26,356 nt of DNA from a virus (lineage: Duplodnaviria; Caudoviricetes): positions 1-26,356 of IMG/VR virus record IMGVR_UViG_3300023173_000093; one strand, given 5' to 3'. A program made the translations under genes and the position numbers. The notes under the pieces were generated by a model, which saw only the letters and a program-made list of their open reading frames with translations, had not been told where the DNA came from and did not search any database. Positions 1-7,915 of the stretch are shown piece after piece (position 1 is the first letter of the stretch; each line of letters begins with the position of its first letter).

Positions 1-79
1 AGGTCCAAGTGGGCATAATGCTCCAGAACAATGCGAGCGATAGCGTGGCGTTTCCATAGCGTTGTCAGTATCCCGAGGG

Positions 80-484
80 TCATGCAGTCTGTGTGAGGAT
101 AAAGCGCACCCGATACGGCACTCCCCAGTAAACCTCGTTGGCTCTCATATCATCGCGCAGAATAGGACCGCCGAAGTCTGGGTATACATCCGACACCTCG
201 TAGCCAGTCACCGTATACACAACGTCACGGTCGGTCAGGGCGGCGAGTCCTGTTGATGCGTTAGCCTGCGCCGTGTTGGGGTCTTTTGCCCACGATATGC
301 AGGTGTGCGTGACCTCCGCCCCTTCGGTTGTCTTGGTCGTGAGCGGTCCCGGTATAAAGGTTGCGTCACCAAAGACCGTGTAAGGCGGTGTAAGACCCTC
401 GGGCGGGTTAACGTATGCCGTGACACCTGCTGCGTTTAGAAGGGTCCAGATCTCGTCCTGTACTGCTTTGCGTGGATCGTTCAT
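80..484 (-). CDS. Tail terminator / tail completion protein (DUF3168-like)
   Basis: 134 aa with a 'PPYTVFGD' motif; directly downstream of the HK97 gp10-like gene (ATGA overlap). Confidence 0.75.
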   Translation of the reverse strand: MNDPRKAVQDEIWTLLNAAGVTAYVNPPEGLTPPYTVFGDATFIPGPLTTKTTEGAEVTHTCISWAKDPNTAQANASTGLAALTDRDVVYTVTGYEVSDVYPDFGGPILRDDMRANEVYWGVPYRVRFILTQTA

Positions 485-942
485 TTCAGTTTGAGTGCTG
501 CGATCATTCTGCGACGATGGTCTGCACGATTAGCCTCTGCCGCCGGGTTCATGAATGGCTGCGCCTTGTTGCCTCGGGTTATAACGAAAGATTCCGTTGC
601 CTCGTTATAGTAGACCCACGGCGTTGTGCGGTGTCCTCCTTTTGGGTTCTCCCCGTAGATACCTGTGCCGAACTCAACGAACTCAGAATAGTGCGCCTTG
701 CTTACAACATAGGCTTCGTAGTTACGGGTTGGCTCGGCAACGATCATGCGGCGAAGCGAACCGCCACGCGCACCCATACCGCTGCCACTCTTCTTATTCA
801 CAGGGGCGTTCTTAATAGCATCGTTACGGACCAACTGCTTGGTCGTGTTGATCTCCTGCACGATACGGTCGGCGGCTTGCTCGCTGTACTTTGCGATGTC
901 CTTCAGCGCCTTGTCGAGTCCCTGTACTTCTACCTTTACCAT
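481..942 (-). CDS. HK97 gp10-like tail/neck component
   Basis: Motifs 'VQGLDKALK', 'NAPV..G.LRRMI', 'YSEFVEFGT', 'AQPFMNPA'. Confidence 0.85.
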   Translation of the reverse strand: MVKVEVQGLDKALKDIAKYSEQAADRIVQEINTTKQLVRNDAIKNAPVNKKSGSGMGARGGSLRRMIVAEPTRNYEAYVVSKAHYSEFVEFGTGIYGENPKGGHRTTPWVYYNEATESFVITRGNKAQPFMNPAAEANRADHRRRMIAALKLK

Positions 943-1275
943 TTAGGACTGCCGCTCCGTCTTGACGATCATGAACTTGTCGCGGTAGTCTACATTATCG
1001 ACCGAGCGCACATCGTAGTTCTCGCTGCGAAAGACAAGACGGTACTTGTTGAGCATCTGCGTGTCGGCGGTCCCGAGATCGTCCCTGTAACGCATCACAA
1101 ACTCGTGCGTGTAGATGCCTTCGGGTTTACTCGCGTCCTCGGCTTCGCGTCCCGTCAGCGTCCGCACAGAGGCGTACACGGTCTCAATGGTTGCCCAAGA
1201 GTCCGTGATGACACCGAGGTTGTTCTGCGGAGTGCTTGCCTGCACCGCTACCCTATGACGCATTTCTCCTATCAT
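943..1275 (-). CDS. Head closure / head-tail adaptor (SPP1 gp16-like)
   Basis: 'GEMRHRVAVQ', 'W.TIETVYASV', 'THEFVMRYR' motifs; synteny. Confidence 0.85.
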   Translation of the reverse strand: MIGEMRHRVAVQASTPQNNLGVITDSWATIETVYASVRTLTGREAEDASKPEGIYTHEFVMRYRDDLGTADTQMLNKYRLVFRSENYDVRSVDNVDYRDKFMIVKTERQS

Positions 1276-1853
1276 CAGAATCCGATTGTCCTGTGGTGGG
1301 CGATCTCGCCAAGAATCCTGAACTCCCGCTCCTCTACGTTGTCGCGGTTCTCATCGCCCCTGCGCTCGTACCAGAGGGCGAGCAGTTTCAGCGTAGCAAT
1401 CAGGATGTCAGCAGGAATATCGGTAGATGCGTTACCATATCCGGCAACGTATACCAACGTACCCGCGCGGTCCATGCGGTTAACTTCCCAACCATCGTTC
1501 CGGTGTTTTAGGTAGGATGCCTCGACCAGTTGCCAGTTCTCGGCGGCTTCGGTGTAGGATGTCTCCACGCCTGCGCTGTCCTCGTCGTAGATGGTCAAGG
1601 ATGTGACCGACTGCACCGGAGGTCTGGGTATCTCAATCCGGTCCCGCATATCGTCTCCGTTCATCTCCCACGAATAGGTGCGGGTGATGAGCGAGCGCCG
1701 CAAGTATTCCTCAACACGGACACTAGCCGCCTTGATAAGGATCGTAAGGATCGCGTCTTGGCTCGTATCGGACGAATCGATACGGAGCCATTCCTTTGCT
1801 TCTGCTGTGCTTACTGGCTCAACAGAGGGTGCAGATGTAACGGTAAGCGACAT
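1275..1853 (-). CDS. Head-tail connector (gp6/gp15-like)
   Basis: 'EPVSTAEAKEWLRID', 'VEEYLRRSLITRT', 'YVAGYG', 'LALWYERR'. Confidence 0.88.
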   Translation of the reverse strand: MSLTVTSAPSVEPVSTAEAKEWLRIDSSDTSQDAILTILIKAASVRVEEYLRRSLITRTYSWEMNGDDMRDRIEIPRPPVQSVTSLTIYDEDSAGVETSYTEAAENWQLVEASYLKHRNDGWEVNRMDRAGTLVYVAGYGNASTDIPADILIATLKLLALWYERRGDENRDNVEEREFRILGEIAHHRTIGF

Positions 1854-1876
1854 GGCAGATGTTTTTTGAAATGTAG

Positions 1877-1948
1877 GAGCCGGGGCGGGAATCGAACCCG
1901 CTCCACCCCGAGAGAGGAAAAGGTGTGCGCCTTTACACCACCCGGCTC
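1877..1948 (-). ncRNA. tRNA-like cloverleaf RNA with non-canonical anticodon arm (pseudo-tRNA or regulatory RNA)
   Basis: Acceptor GAGCCGGG/CCCGGCTC, D-arm GTGT-AAAGGC-GCAC, perfect T-arm GCGGG-TTCGATT-CCCGC. Anticodon arm CCTTTTCCTCTCTCGGG(G) is weakly paired, lacks U33 and purine 37; no encoded CCA. Confidence 0.75.
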
Positions 1949-1957
1949 GCCCACCTA

Positions 1958-4081
1958 TTAGGTGTTGGATACGCGACCGTATACGATAGCCTCCGGCTGA
2001 AGGATCTCGTAGTCTACGCGGTAGGAGTAGAACAGGTTGACCTGTCCGGTTGCAGCGTCTCCGTAGGGATCACGCAGGACTTTCATGGTCGGTGCCATGT
2101 AGTAGCCCATCTGTGACCAGTCACCGAAGAAGATCGGCTTGTTGCCACCCGTGCCGTCAGCGTCGACTTTAGCCGAGAACATGACGGGGTATCCGAGCAG
2201 GCTCGGACGGTTGGCGTACTGACCGAAGGTCGAACGGATGCCCTGCTCTGCGTACAGGCGCTCGTTGCCCGTCAGGGAAGCGATGTTGCCGTAGGTGGAG
2301 CCACGGGTCAACCATGCAACATTAGGGCTGTCGAGGTAAAACTGAACCGTGTCGTTGAAAGCGATGTCCTCGATCTCACCGGCGATGATGCCTGCGTCAT
2401 CCGTGACTTTTGCTTCCGTACCAGAGGCGGCAGCCTCGGCAACGATCAGGCTGTTGTTCGTTTTCGCCATGCCGCGAGCGACGAAGTTCTCAATGAAGGC
2501 AAGCAGGTTGCTCGTCTCATCTTCGAGAAGTTCTTCGCTCAACTGTACCTTCTTCGTGTACTTGACAAGCGTGAAAGCCTGCTGACCGACTGCCGGAGCA
2601 TCGCGGTCGTAGGAGTTGGCTTCTGCTGTGCTGACAAACTCGCCATCGGCTTCGTTGTCGAAAGGCACGTTGACAGTCGTTCCGACACCGGGGATGCGGG
2701 TCAGACCGAGCAGGTCCGTAAGGTCGGCTTCGGACTTCTTGGCAAAGATGCCTTCGAAGTGTCCCGTTGGGACCAAATTGCCACCATCGGCAGCGGTGCC
2801 AATGTTCATGTCCGTATTGTTGGATGCTTTGATCTCAACTTCACGACCATCAACATCGTATCCTTTAGCGCCACGGAGAGCGCCCGCATCGCCATCACGT
2901 ACCCATGCGGCGTATGCTTTGGCTTCGGAGTCTCCGGTGTTTGCGATGATAGCCGGAGCGGACTTAGCTTCGGCAGGTACTTCGACGATGGCAGGAGCGG
3001 CTTTAGCTTCTTCCATAGCGTCGAGGCGAGCGTTCTGTGCTTCGAGCATTGACTCGATGCTTTTCAGAACGTCATTGTTCTGTTCAGACATTGTGGTGTC
3101 CTCTTGTTCTGTGTGTGGAGTTTCGCCCATGTCAGGCGTTTCATCGATTGCTTCCGACTTGGCTTCTGCCGCAGTTGGCGCAGGGTGATCATGCCCCGCC
3201 TCTGCCGTGTCTGCCTCTGGCTCCACTACATCAGATGCAATTTCCTGTGTTGCCGGGGCTGATGCCTCGACAAATTCCTTGATAGACATTACGTGGTTGC
3301 GTGGCTCGGCAGGGTTCAGCACAAGCGATGCTTCGCCGAGCGGCCATGTCTCAATTTCTTTTGACCCGTTGTCCGCGTCTTTGCGGCTTACGAGATGACC
3401 GACCGCGCCGGACGAGTAGCCGAGTTTGCCCATCTCGACCAGTTCGTTCACCATCTTCTCGTACTCGTCGCGCTTCTCCAGCTGCGCCTCGAACCACAGC
3501 CCCGCTTCGGTGCTGCTGATCTCGCCCACGCCGATCTGCCTGTTCTTCAGGGTATCGTCGTAGCCGTGTTGGTAGTAAACGGGGAGGGTTGCCTGAATGC
3601 CGAAGTCGGTGGACTTAGTGAAGAAGTCACCGTATAGGTCGGGGTCAGTCGGTCCGCTAAACCTCACCAGATAGCCGCCGATTCGACCGTCACCCAGAGC
3701 CTTAACCTCGCCCCCGTAGGCGATGAGCAGTTCGTTATCGTTCATTGTGTCTGTTGATTTGTTGAGCGGCTTACGCGGATCGTGCGCCCAGTTCATTAAT
3801 GATATATCCCGTTTACTCGGGCATCCGTCTCTTGCGGGTTCTCCCTGCTCGCCGTTACGCATTCTTTCAATAAAGGAGATAGCGCGGTTGGCGTTCTTGA
3901 TGTGCTTGTCTGTCCAATCGTCTTTGTTGGTTTCGAGCAGTTCAAGATTGCGGGCGATGACTGCCGCCGGGTCTACCGATGCCAAGCGGCTGCACTCGGT
4001 TTCGGACCACGCCCGAAGATCGGACGCGCTCATGTTAGCGAGCCTGTTCCACTTGCGATATACCTCGTCGAGTTCTTCCAT
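1958..4081 (-). CDS. DUF3140-like domain + HK97-type prohead protease + major capsid protein in one ORF
   Basis: N-term 'NMSASDLRAWSET...ISLMNWAHDP' resembles DUF3140. Middle 'GYLVRF...DLYGDFF...YQHG...GYSSG...EASLVLNPAEP' is the prohead protease. C-term 'DGGNLVPT...LSEELLED...LLGYPV...FGDWS' is HK97-fold capsid. Confidence 0.9.
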   Translation of the reverse strand: MEELDEVYRKWNRLANMSASDLRAWSETECSRLASVDPAAVIARNLELLETNKDDWTDKHIKNANRAISFIERMRNGEQGEPARDGCPSKRDISLMNWAHDPRKPLNKSTDTMNDNELLIAYGGEVKALGDGRIGGYLVRFSGPTDPDLYGDFFTKSTDFGIQATLPVYYQHGYDDTLKNRQIGVGEISSTEAGLWFEAQLEKRDEYEKMVNELVEMGKLGYSSGAVGHLVSRKDADNGSKEIETWPLGEASLVLNPAEPRNHVMSIKEFVEASAPATQEIASDVVEPEADTAEAGHDHPAPTAAEAKSEAIDETPDMGETPHTEQEDTTMSEQNNDVLKSIESMLEAQNARLDAMEEAKAAPAIVEVPAEAKSAPAIIANTGDSEAKAYAAWVRDGDAGALRGAKGYDVDGREVEIKASNNTDMNIGTAADGGNLVPTGHFEGIFAKKSEADLTDLLGLTRIPGVGTTVNVPFDNEADGEFVSTAEANSYDRDAPAVGQQAFTLVKYTKKVQLSEELLEDETSNLLAFIENFVARGMAKTNNSLIVAEAAASGTEAKVTDDAGIIAGEIEDIAFNDTVQFYLDSPNVAWLTRGSTYGNIASLTGNERLYAEQGIRSTFGQYANRPSLLGYPVMFSAKVDADGTGGNKPIFFGDWSQMGYYMAPTMKVLRDPYGDAATGQVNLFYSYRVDYEILQPEAIVYGRVSNT

Positions 4082-4114
4082 GCCCCTTATACAGTCTGTG
4101 TAATTTGGAGTTCG

Positions 4115-4183
4115 CTAAAGGATTGCAAGCGCTGCTAAGGCAAGGCAATAACACACCGCTTCGAAAAGGTCTGCTGCTGTCAT
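4115..4183 (-). CDS. Putative 22-aa hydrophobic peptide (MTAADLFEAVCYCLALAALAIL)
   Basis: Translated by hand; ATGA overlap with the upstream stop. Confidence 0.35.
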   Translation of the reverse strand: MTAADLFEAVCYCLALAALAIL

Positions 4184-4347
4184 TTCTTATCTACCCAACC
4201 GCCGCCCTTGAACACGGTAGCAGTCCCGCCTGTGATGACGATGCGGCACTCCTGTCCGGTCGTTGGACACTTGGTCAGCGGTGCGCTCTTAATCGAAGCA
4301 AAATGCTCGAAGCGTGTTCCGTCTTTGCGTTCGTAGGTGTAGGTCAT
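4180..4347 (-). CDS. FmdB-family zinc-ribbon-like protein lacking the first CxxC (55 aa)
   Basis: Hand translation MTYTYERKDGTRFEHFASIKSAPLTKCPTTGQECRIVITGGTATVFKGGGWVDKK; Y.Y, PLT.CP and FKG.GW motifs; ATGA-coupled. Confidence 0.7.
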   Translation of the reverse strand: MTYTYERKDGTRFEHFASIKSAPLTKCPTTGQECRIVITGGTATVFKGGGWVDKK

Positions 4348-4499
4348 CTTATTCCCTCGAATATGATGTCTTGTAGTGCTGCGGCGATGATAGTCGCTTC
4401 TCCTTCGGGTATGCCGAGGCGTATCAGTTCGGCGTAGTAAGCGGCTATAACGAGAGCCAAATACTCAACGCTCCTGATATTTTTGTCATGCTCAGTCAC
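4344..4499 (-). CDS. Hypothetical 51-aa protein (MTEHDKNIRSVEYLALVIAAYYAELIRLGIPEGEATIIAAALQDIIFEGIR)
   Basis: GTG start overlapping the end of the upstream gene; its stop overlaps the next ATG. Confidence 0.6.
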   Translation of the reverse strand: MTEHDKNIRSVEYLALVIAAYYAELIRLGIPEGEATIIAAALQDIIFEGIR

Positions 4500-5352
4500 C
4501 GTTATCTATCAGCACAAGGTTAAACTGGAGCGAAATATTGGCGGTATTGTTTGCCACCTTTGCGAAGAATCCAATGTCGCAGGGTCCGACAAACGGACCG
4601 CGTGACACGTGGCTCGTTATGACAAGCGTATTCTGTAATCCTTTGTGTAGTGCTTGCAATCGCATTGGCTCGTACGGAGAGGCTACATCGTCCGCTCCGC
4701 AACGCTGAAAAAAAGCAATATTGGCGTTCTTGGTTGGCTCAATATCTGCCGCGTAAGAGGTCAAAAAAGCAGTCTTTCCTTTCGGCACAGTATACGCACC
4801 GATCAGGCTCTGACCATATCCGAACACGCCATCTTTCGCTAACTGCGCCCACGTAGCACCGCCACCATCTACTCGCAGGGTTATCGTCCCGTCATGGGTA
4901 CTCGCTGACGTTGATGCGTAGGTGTTTGTATTGACCACGTACATACGATAAACACGAAGCCACGTATTGCTCACGTCTACTGCTTGCGTTCCTTGCAGGG
5001 TTACCGTCTCTGTCTGCTCGCGCCAATCTGCACCTATTCCCTGAATAAGTACCTGCTGCGCTCCGGCGTTGCTCGTGCTGTCTACATCGGACGAGGACAG
5101 TATCTCCAATGATACCGGAGAGGTCGGCGTTGGATACGTCTTGCTGTCTGTAATGACCGTCCACGTTGTACCGATAGCGTCAGCCTCGCCAAACTTGTTG
5201 ACTACGCTGTGGCTCTTTACGTCACCTTTAGCCACCTCCAGATAGAACTCGGCGTTGATCTGGTTGCCCGATAGGTCGCGCTCAATGCCCACCTGTCCAT
5301 GTGCGGCAGTTGCAAAAAGGCAAAGCAATATGATGGCGGCGGCTCGTTTCAT
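4492..5352 (-). CDS. Beta-rich phage protein with predicted Sec signal peptide
   Basis: Start MKRAAAIILLCLFATAAHG|Q (ATGA-coupled at 5352); body motifs 'VNKFG', 'ETVTLQG', 'AYTVPKGKTAFL'. Confidence 0.75.
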   Translation of the reverse strand: MKRAAAIILLCLFATAAHGQVGIERDLSGNQINAEFYLEVAKGDVKSHSVVNKFGEADAIGTTWTVITDSKTYPTPTSPVSLEILSSSDVDSTSNAGAQQVLIQGIGADWREQTETVTLQGTQAVDVSNTWLRVYRMYVVNTNTYASTSASTHDGTITLRVDGGGATWAQLAKDGVFGYGQSLIGAYTVPKGKTAFLTSYAADIEPTKNANIAFFQRCGADDVASPYEPMRLQALHKGLQNTLVITSHVSRGPFVGPCDIGFFAKVANNTANISLQFNLVLIDNGD

Positions 5353-5642
5353 TGGATGCACTCCTGATAAGATAATTTTCTGGCCTCTGCCAGTTGCAGG
5401 CAGGTGATCAGTTGTAACTCCTTCTTGATTTCGGCTTGAGTGCGCTCTACCGCTTCGATACGGTCCTCCATCGTTCCTATTTGCGTCAGGATGCTGCCCT
5501 GTGCCATCTCAACCGCACCAACTCTATCTGGTATTTCACGATACCCGGCGGTCGCTACGCCGACAAGCATCGACACGACGATAACTCCGGCAATCAATTT
5601 GCCGACCTCAATAACTTTCCCTGTCTGTTCTATCTGGTCCAT
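5349..5642 (-). CDS. Single-TM membrane protein with coiled coil
   Basis: Hydrophobic segment LIAGVIVVSMLVGVATAG followed by a heptad-like helix and two C-terminal Cys. Confidence 0.7.
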   Translation of the reverse strand: MDQIEQTGKVIEVGKLIAGVIVVSMLVGVATAGYREIPDRVGAVEMAQGSILTQIGTMEDRIEAVERTQAEIKKELQLITCLQLAEARKLSYQECIQ

Positions 5643-5654
5643 GTGGTTAAATAA

Positions 5655-6419
5655 TTAAGGCAAAAAGCCCATTTGACAACGACAGTTTATAACCTCACCC
5701 GGTGGCTTACCTGCCTCGGATGGTCGCATTAACCCGTTGCTGAACGCTTCGCCGATGGGTCTTTCCTCACCGTCGAGGACTCGGTGGTTGGCATCGCCCG
5801 CTCGAGGCTTCTTCCTCGGGTCTGGTCGCACCCTCTGGTCGCTTGCGGTTATCCAGAACTTGCGAGTCATGCCTGCGGCGGTGGCGGCTTCCATCGCCCC
5901 GTAGTTGGCGGCGGCGTTCATTTCCGTTTGGGCAATCCGAAGGGCGCGGTTCTTTGATATGCCCGGATAGACAGTGCCATCTTGGTCTGTGTAGCCGGAC
6001 CACATTCCGCGTAGAATCTTGGCGATGTCATCCGTTCCAAGACCCATTTCTGCGGCGGTCTGTGTTGCCGATGTGACCGTTGCCTGCACCCACTCCTTCG
6101 TGTAGTTGTCGATCAGACGGATCTGCTCGCCGCCATTTTGGGCGAGGTACGTATCAACGTTGTCCTCCCATGAAGTGTATTGCTCGTCGGTGAACTCCTT
6201 GCGGCTTGCGTCGATGGCGTTGTAGACCTTGCCTGTAATCGTCAAAGCGGCGTTCTTCCAAGCGCCCTGATACACCTCTGTGATCGGCTCAGAGTCAATG
6301 GCTGCATCGATGTTGCTGTCGTTACGGACGGCTCGTGCTGCTGCGTCGATCTGCTTGGTGATAGCCTGCTCTATATCATCAACAAAGGAATCAACCTCTT
6401 TGTCGATTAGGCGCTCCAT
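5655..6419 (-). CDS. MuF / SPP1 gp7-like minor head protein (possibly made as a portal fusion)
   Basis: 'RALRIAQTEMNAAAN', 'KFWITASDQRVR', 'H..LDGE', 'INCRC'. Confidence 0.9.
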   Translation of the reverse strand: MERLIDKEVDSFVDDIEQAITKQIDAAARAVRNDSNIDAAIDSEPITEVYQGAWKNAALTITGKVYNAIDASRKEFTDEQYTSWEDNVDTYLAQNGGEQIRLIDNYTKEWVQATVTSATQTAAEMGLGTDDIAKILRGMWSGYTDQDGTVYPGISKNRALRIAQTEMNAAANYGAMEAATAAGMTRKFWITASDQRVRPDPRKKPRAGDANHRVLDGEERPIGEAFSNGLMRPSEAGKPPGEVINCRCQMGFLP

Positions 6420-6477
6420 CGCTTCTGCGTGTTCACGCCATCCTGCCCGCGTTCGAGCGAGCGGATTGAGTGCCTTT

Positions 6478-6521
6478 GTGCCTTCCGGTTCGGCTTCGCT
6501 CCGGTCGGCTTCTAAAAACCC
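6478..6521 (-). other. Putative -1 programmed ribosomal frameshift signal (G GGU UUU UAG plus downstream hairpin)
   Basis: XXXYYYZ heptamer at 6521-6515 in the portal frame; the -1 frame is open into the MuF ORF. Confidence 0.7.
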
Positions 6522-7915
6522 ACGAAGGGCGGTCGGAACACTTCGTCGAGGTCTGCGCCTGTTGCCAAACGCTCGCGGATAATATCAGCCTCGTAATCAG
6601 CCAGAGCGTCAGGCGTGAACTTAACGTCCCGCCCCTTGCGGTTGATCTTGGTGCGCCACCTCTGGATGTCGAGGTTCTTGGTATCAGATACGGTATCAGC
6701 CGAGCGGACTTCCTGTGGCTGCTCTGCAACAACGTCCTGCCCCTGAATCGGCTCGTACCCGAGCAACTCGCGTCCCTCGTTTACGGACAACACCGGACCG
6801 CCCACGGCAAGGGCGATTGCCTGCGCCTTCTCCAGTTCGCTCTGCTGCATGACCTCGGTCTTGTGCGGCTCAAACTCCAAGTGGTAGCCGAGCGGCATCA
6901 AGAGTTGTTGGTTGATAGCATGGGCGAGTAGCCGCGCCTGTGGCACAACCGTATTTGCCATGAACGCCAACTGGTCGCTCTTGGCTGTGGCGTAGTTGGC
7001 GGCGTTAGACATGACGAGCGAGTGCGGAACGCCAAGCGTCGAGGCGATGGCTTCCCTTGCATCTCGCGTGATCACATCGCTGTGCAAGTCGGACAGGTCA
7101 GATCCTACCTCCTGCGCTGACAGCCCCTGCATCACCATCGGGTCATCGGGTGTCGGCTTCGTGCCGAGGATGTTGCGGCGCACCCACCGCTGCCACCGCT
7201 TGACCGTCAACTCGTCCGGCTGACGTGCGTCCTTGTCGGCAACCCAGACGGTCTTTTTGACCAGTCCTGATCGCAACTGACCACTCGTGTACTCTGCAAG
7301 GTCATGTAGAATCTGGCTGTGCATATTCGCCGAGCGAGCGTCTGCCGATCCCGGTCCCTGCTCTACAAAGGGCGAAGGCTGAAAAGTGCCGAGGACTCTT
7401 GAGCGTGGAACCTGAAATTTACGCTCGTTGGCTCTCCGCTCGTAATAGCGGAAGTTGCCTTGCTCGTCGGGTCCGTACTTTCCATCTTTGAAGCAGGGCT
7501 TCATGCTCGTCGGGTTAATCCATGACAGCCCGTCTGCTTTGGTGATAATCCCGTCCTTGTTGAACGTGCCCTCCTTCATGGCGTAGGCAGCACCAACGAG
7601 AGCGAGAGATGCTTCCGCTCGGTACAGGTAGTCGAAGAGGTCGAGCCACGCCAGTTCTTCGGGCGCTTCTTCTCCTGCCTTCCAAACCACGTTGGTCATG
7701 TTACCCTTGTGAACGACAAAGGGCAAGGCTGCGAGCGCCTTTGCCCTAACGTCTACACACCGCCGCGTCCAACCCTCGTCTGTCCATGCTACCGCCGGGG
7801 ACATCTTGGCTACGTGTTCGTGACCATGCAGGTTGAAGATGTTGAGCCATTCGGGGTCGTTAAGGCTTACGCCCTTCGTTGACGATCCGAGTACATAAAA
7901 ATCGGGCTTTGGCAT
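6512..7915 (-). CDS. Portal protein (HK97-like)
   Basis: 'RCVDVRAKALAALPF', 'IASTLGVPHSLV...ANYAT'; follows TerL with TAATG coupling at 7915. Confidence 0.88.
   Translation of the reverse strand: MPKPDFYVLGSSTKGVSLNDPEWLNIFNLHGHEHVAKMSPAVAWTDEGWTRRCVDVRAKALAALPFVVHKGNMTNVVWKAGEEAPEELAWLDLFDYLYRAEASLALVGAAYAMKEGTFNKDGIITKADGLSWINPTSMKPCFKDGKYGPDEQGNFRYYERRANERKFQVPRSRVLGTFQPSPFVEQGPGSADARSANMHSQILHDLAEYTSGQLRSGLVKKTVWVADKDARQPDELTVKRWQRWVRRNILGTKPTPDDPMVMQGLSAQEVGSDLSDLHSDVITRDAREAIASTLGVPHSLVMSNAANYATAKSDQLAFMANTVVPQARLLAHAINQQLLMPLGYHLEFEPHKTEVMQQSELEKAQAIALAVGGPVLSVNEGRELLGYEPIQGQDVVAEQPQEVRSADTVSDTKNLDIQRWRTKINRKGRDVKFTPDALADYEADIIRERLATGADLDEVFRPPFVGF

Noticed and set aside
1-57. Start of the next late gene (MPTWT at 16 with GGAG, or METPR at 57)
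   Set aside because: Too little sequence to choose a frame or assign a product.
794-802. Perfect DnaA box TTATTCACA
   Set aside because: Single copy inside a structural CDS; compatible with chance.
472-1515. 347-aa plus-strand ORF and other long antisense ORFs (e.g. 2616-3188, 8392-9123, 23123-23722)
   Set aside because: Shadow frames opposite well-supported structural genes.
1877-1901. attP core (tRNA 3' half)
   Set aside because: No integrase in the window, and the site is inside the head operon with the 5' half of the cloverleaf also present.
1877-1948. Functional tRNA-Glu(CUC) or tRNA-His
   Set aside because: Anticodon stem has only about 3 pairs in canonical register, no U33 or purine 37, and CTA instead of CCA; kept as tRNA-like only.
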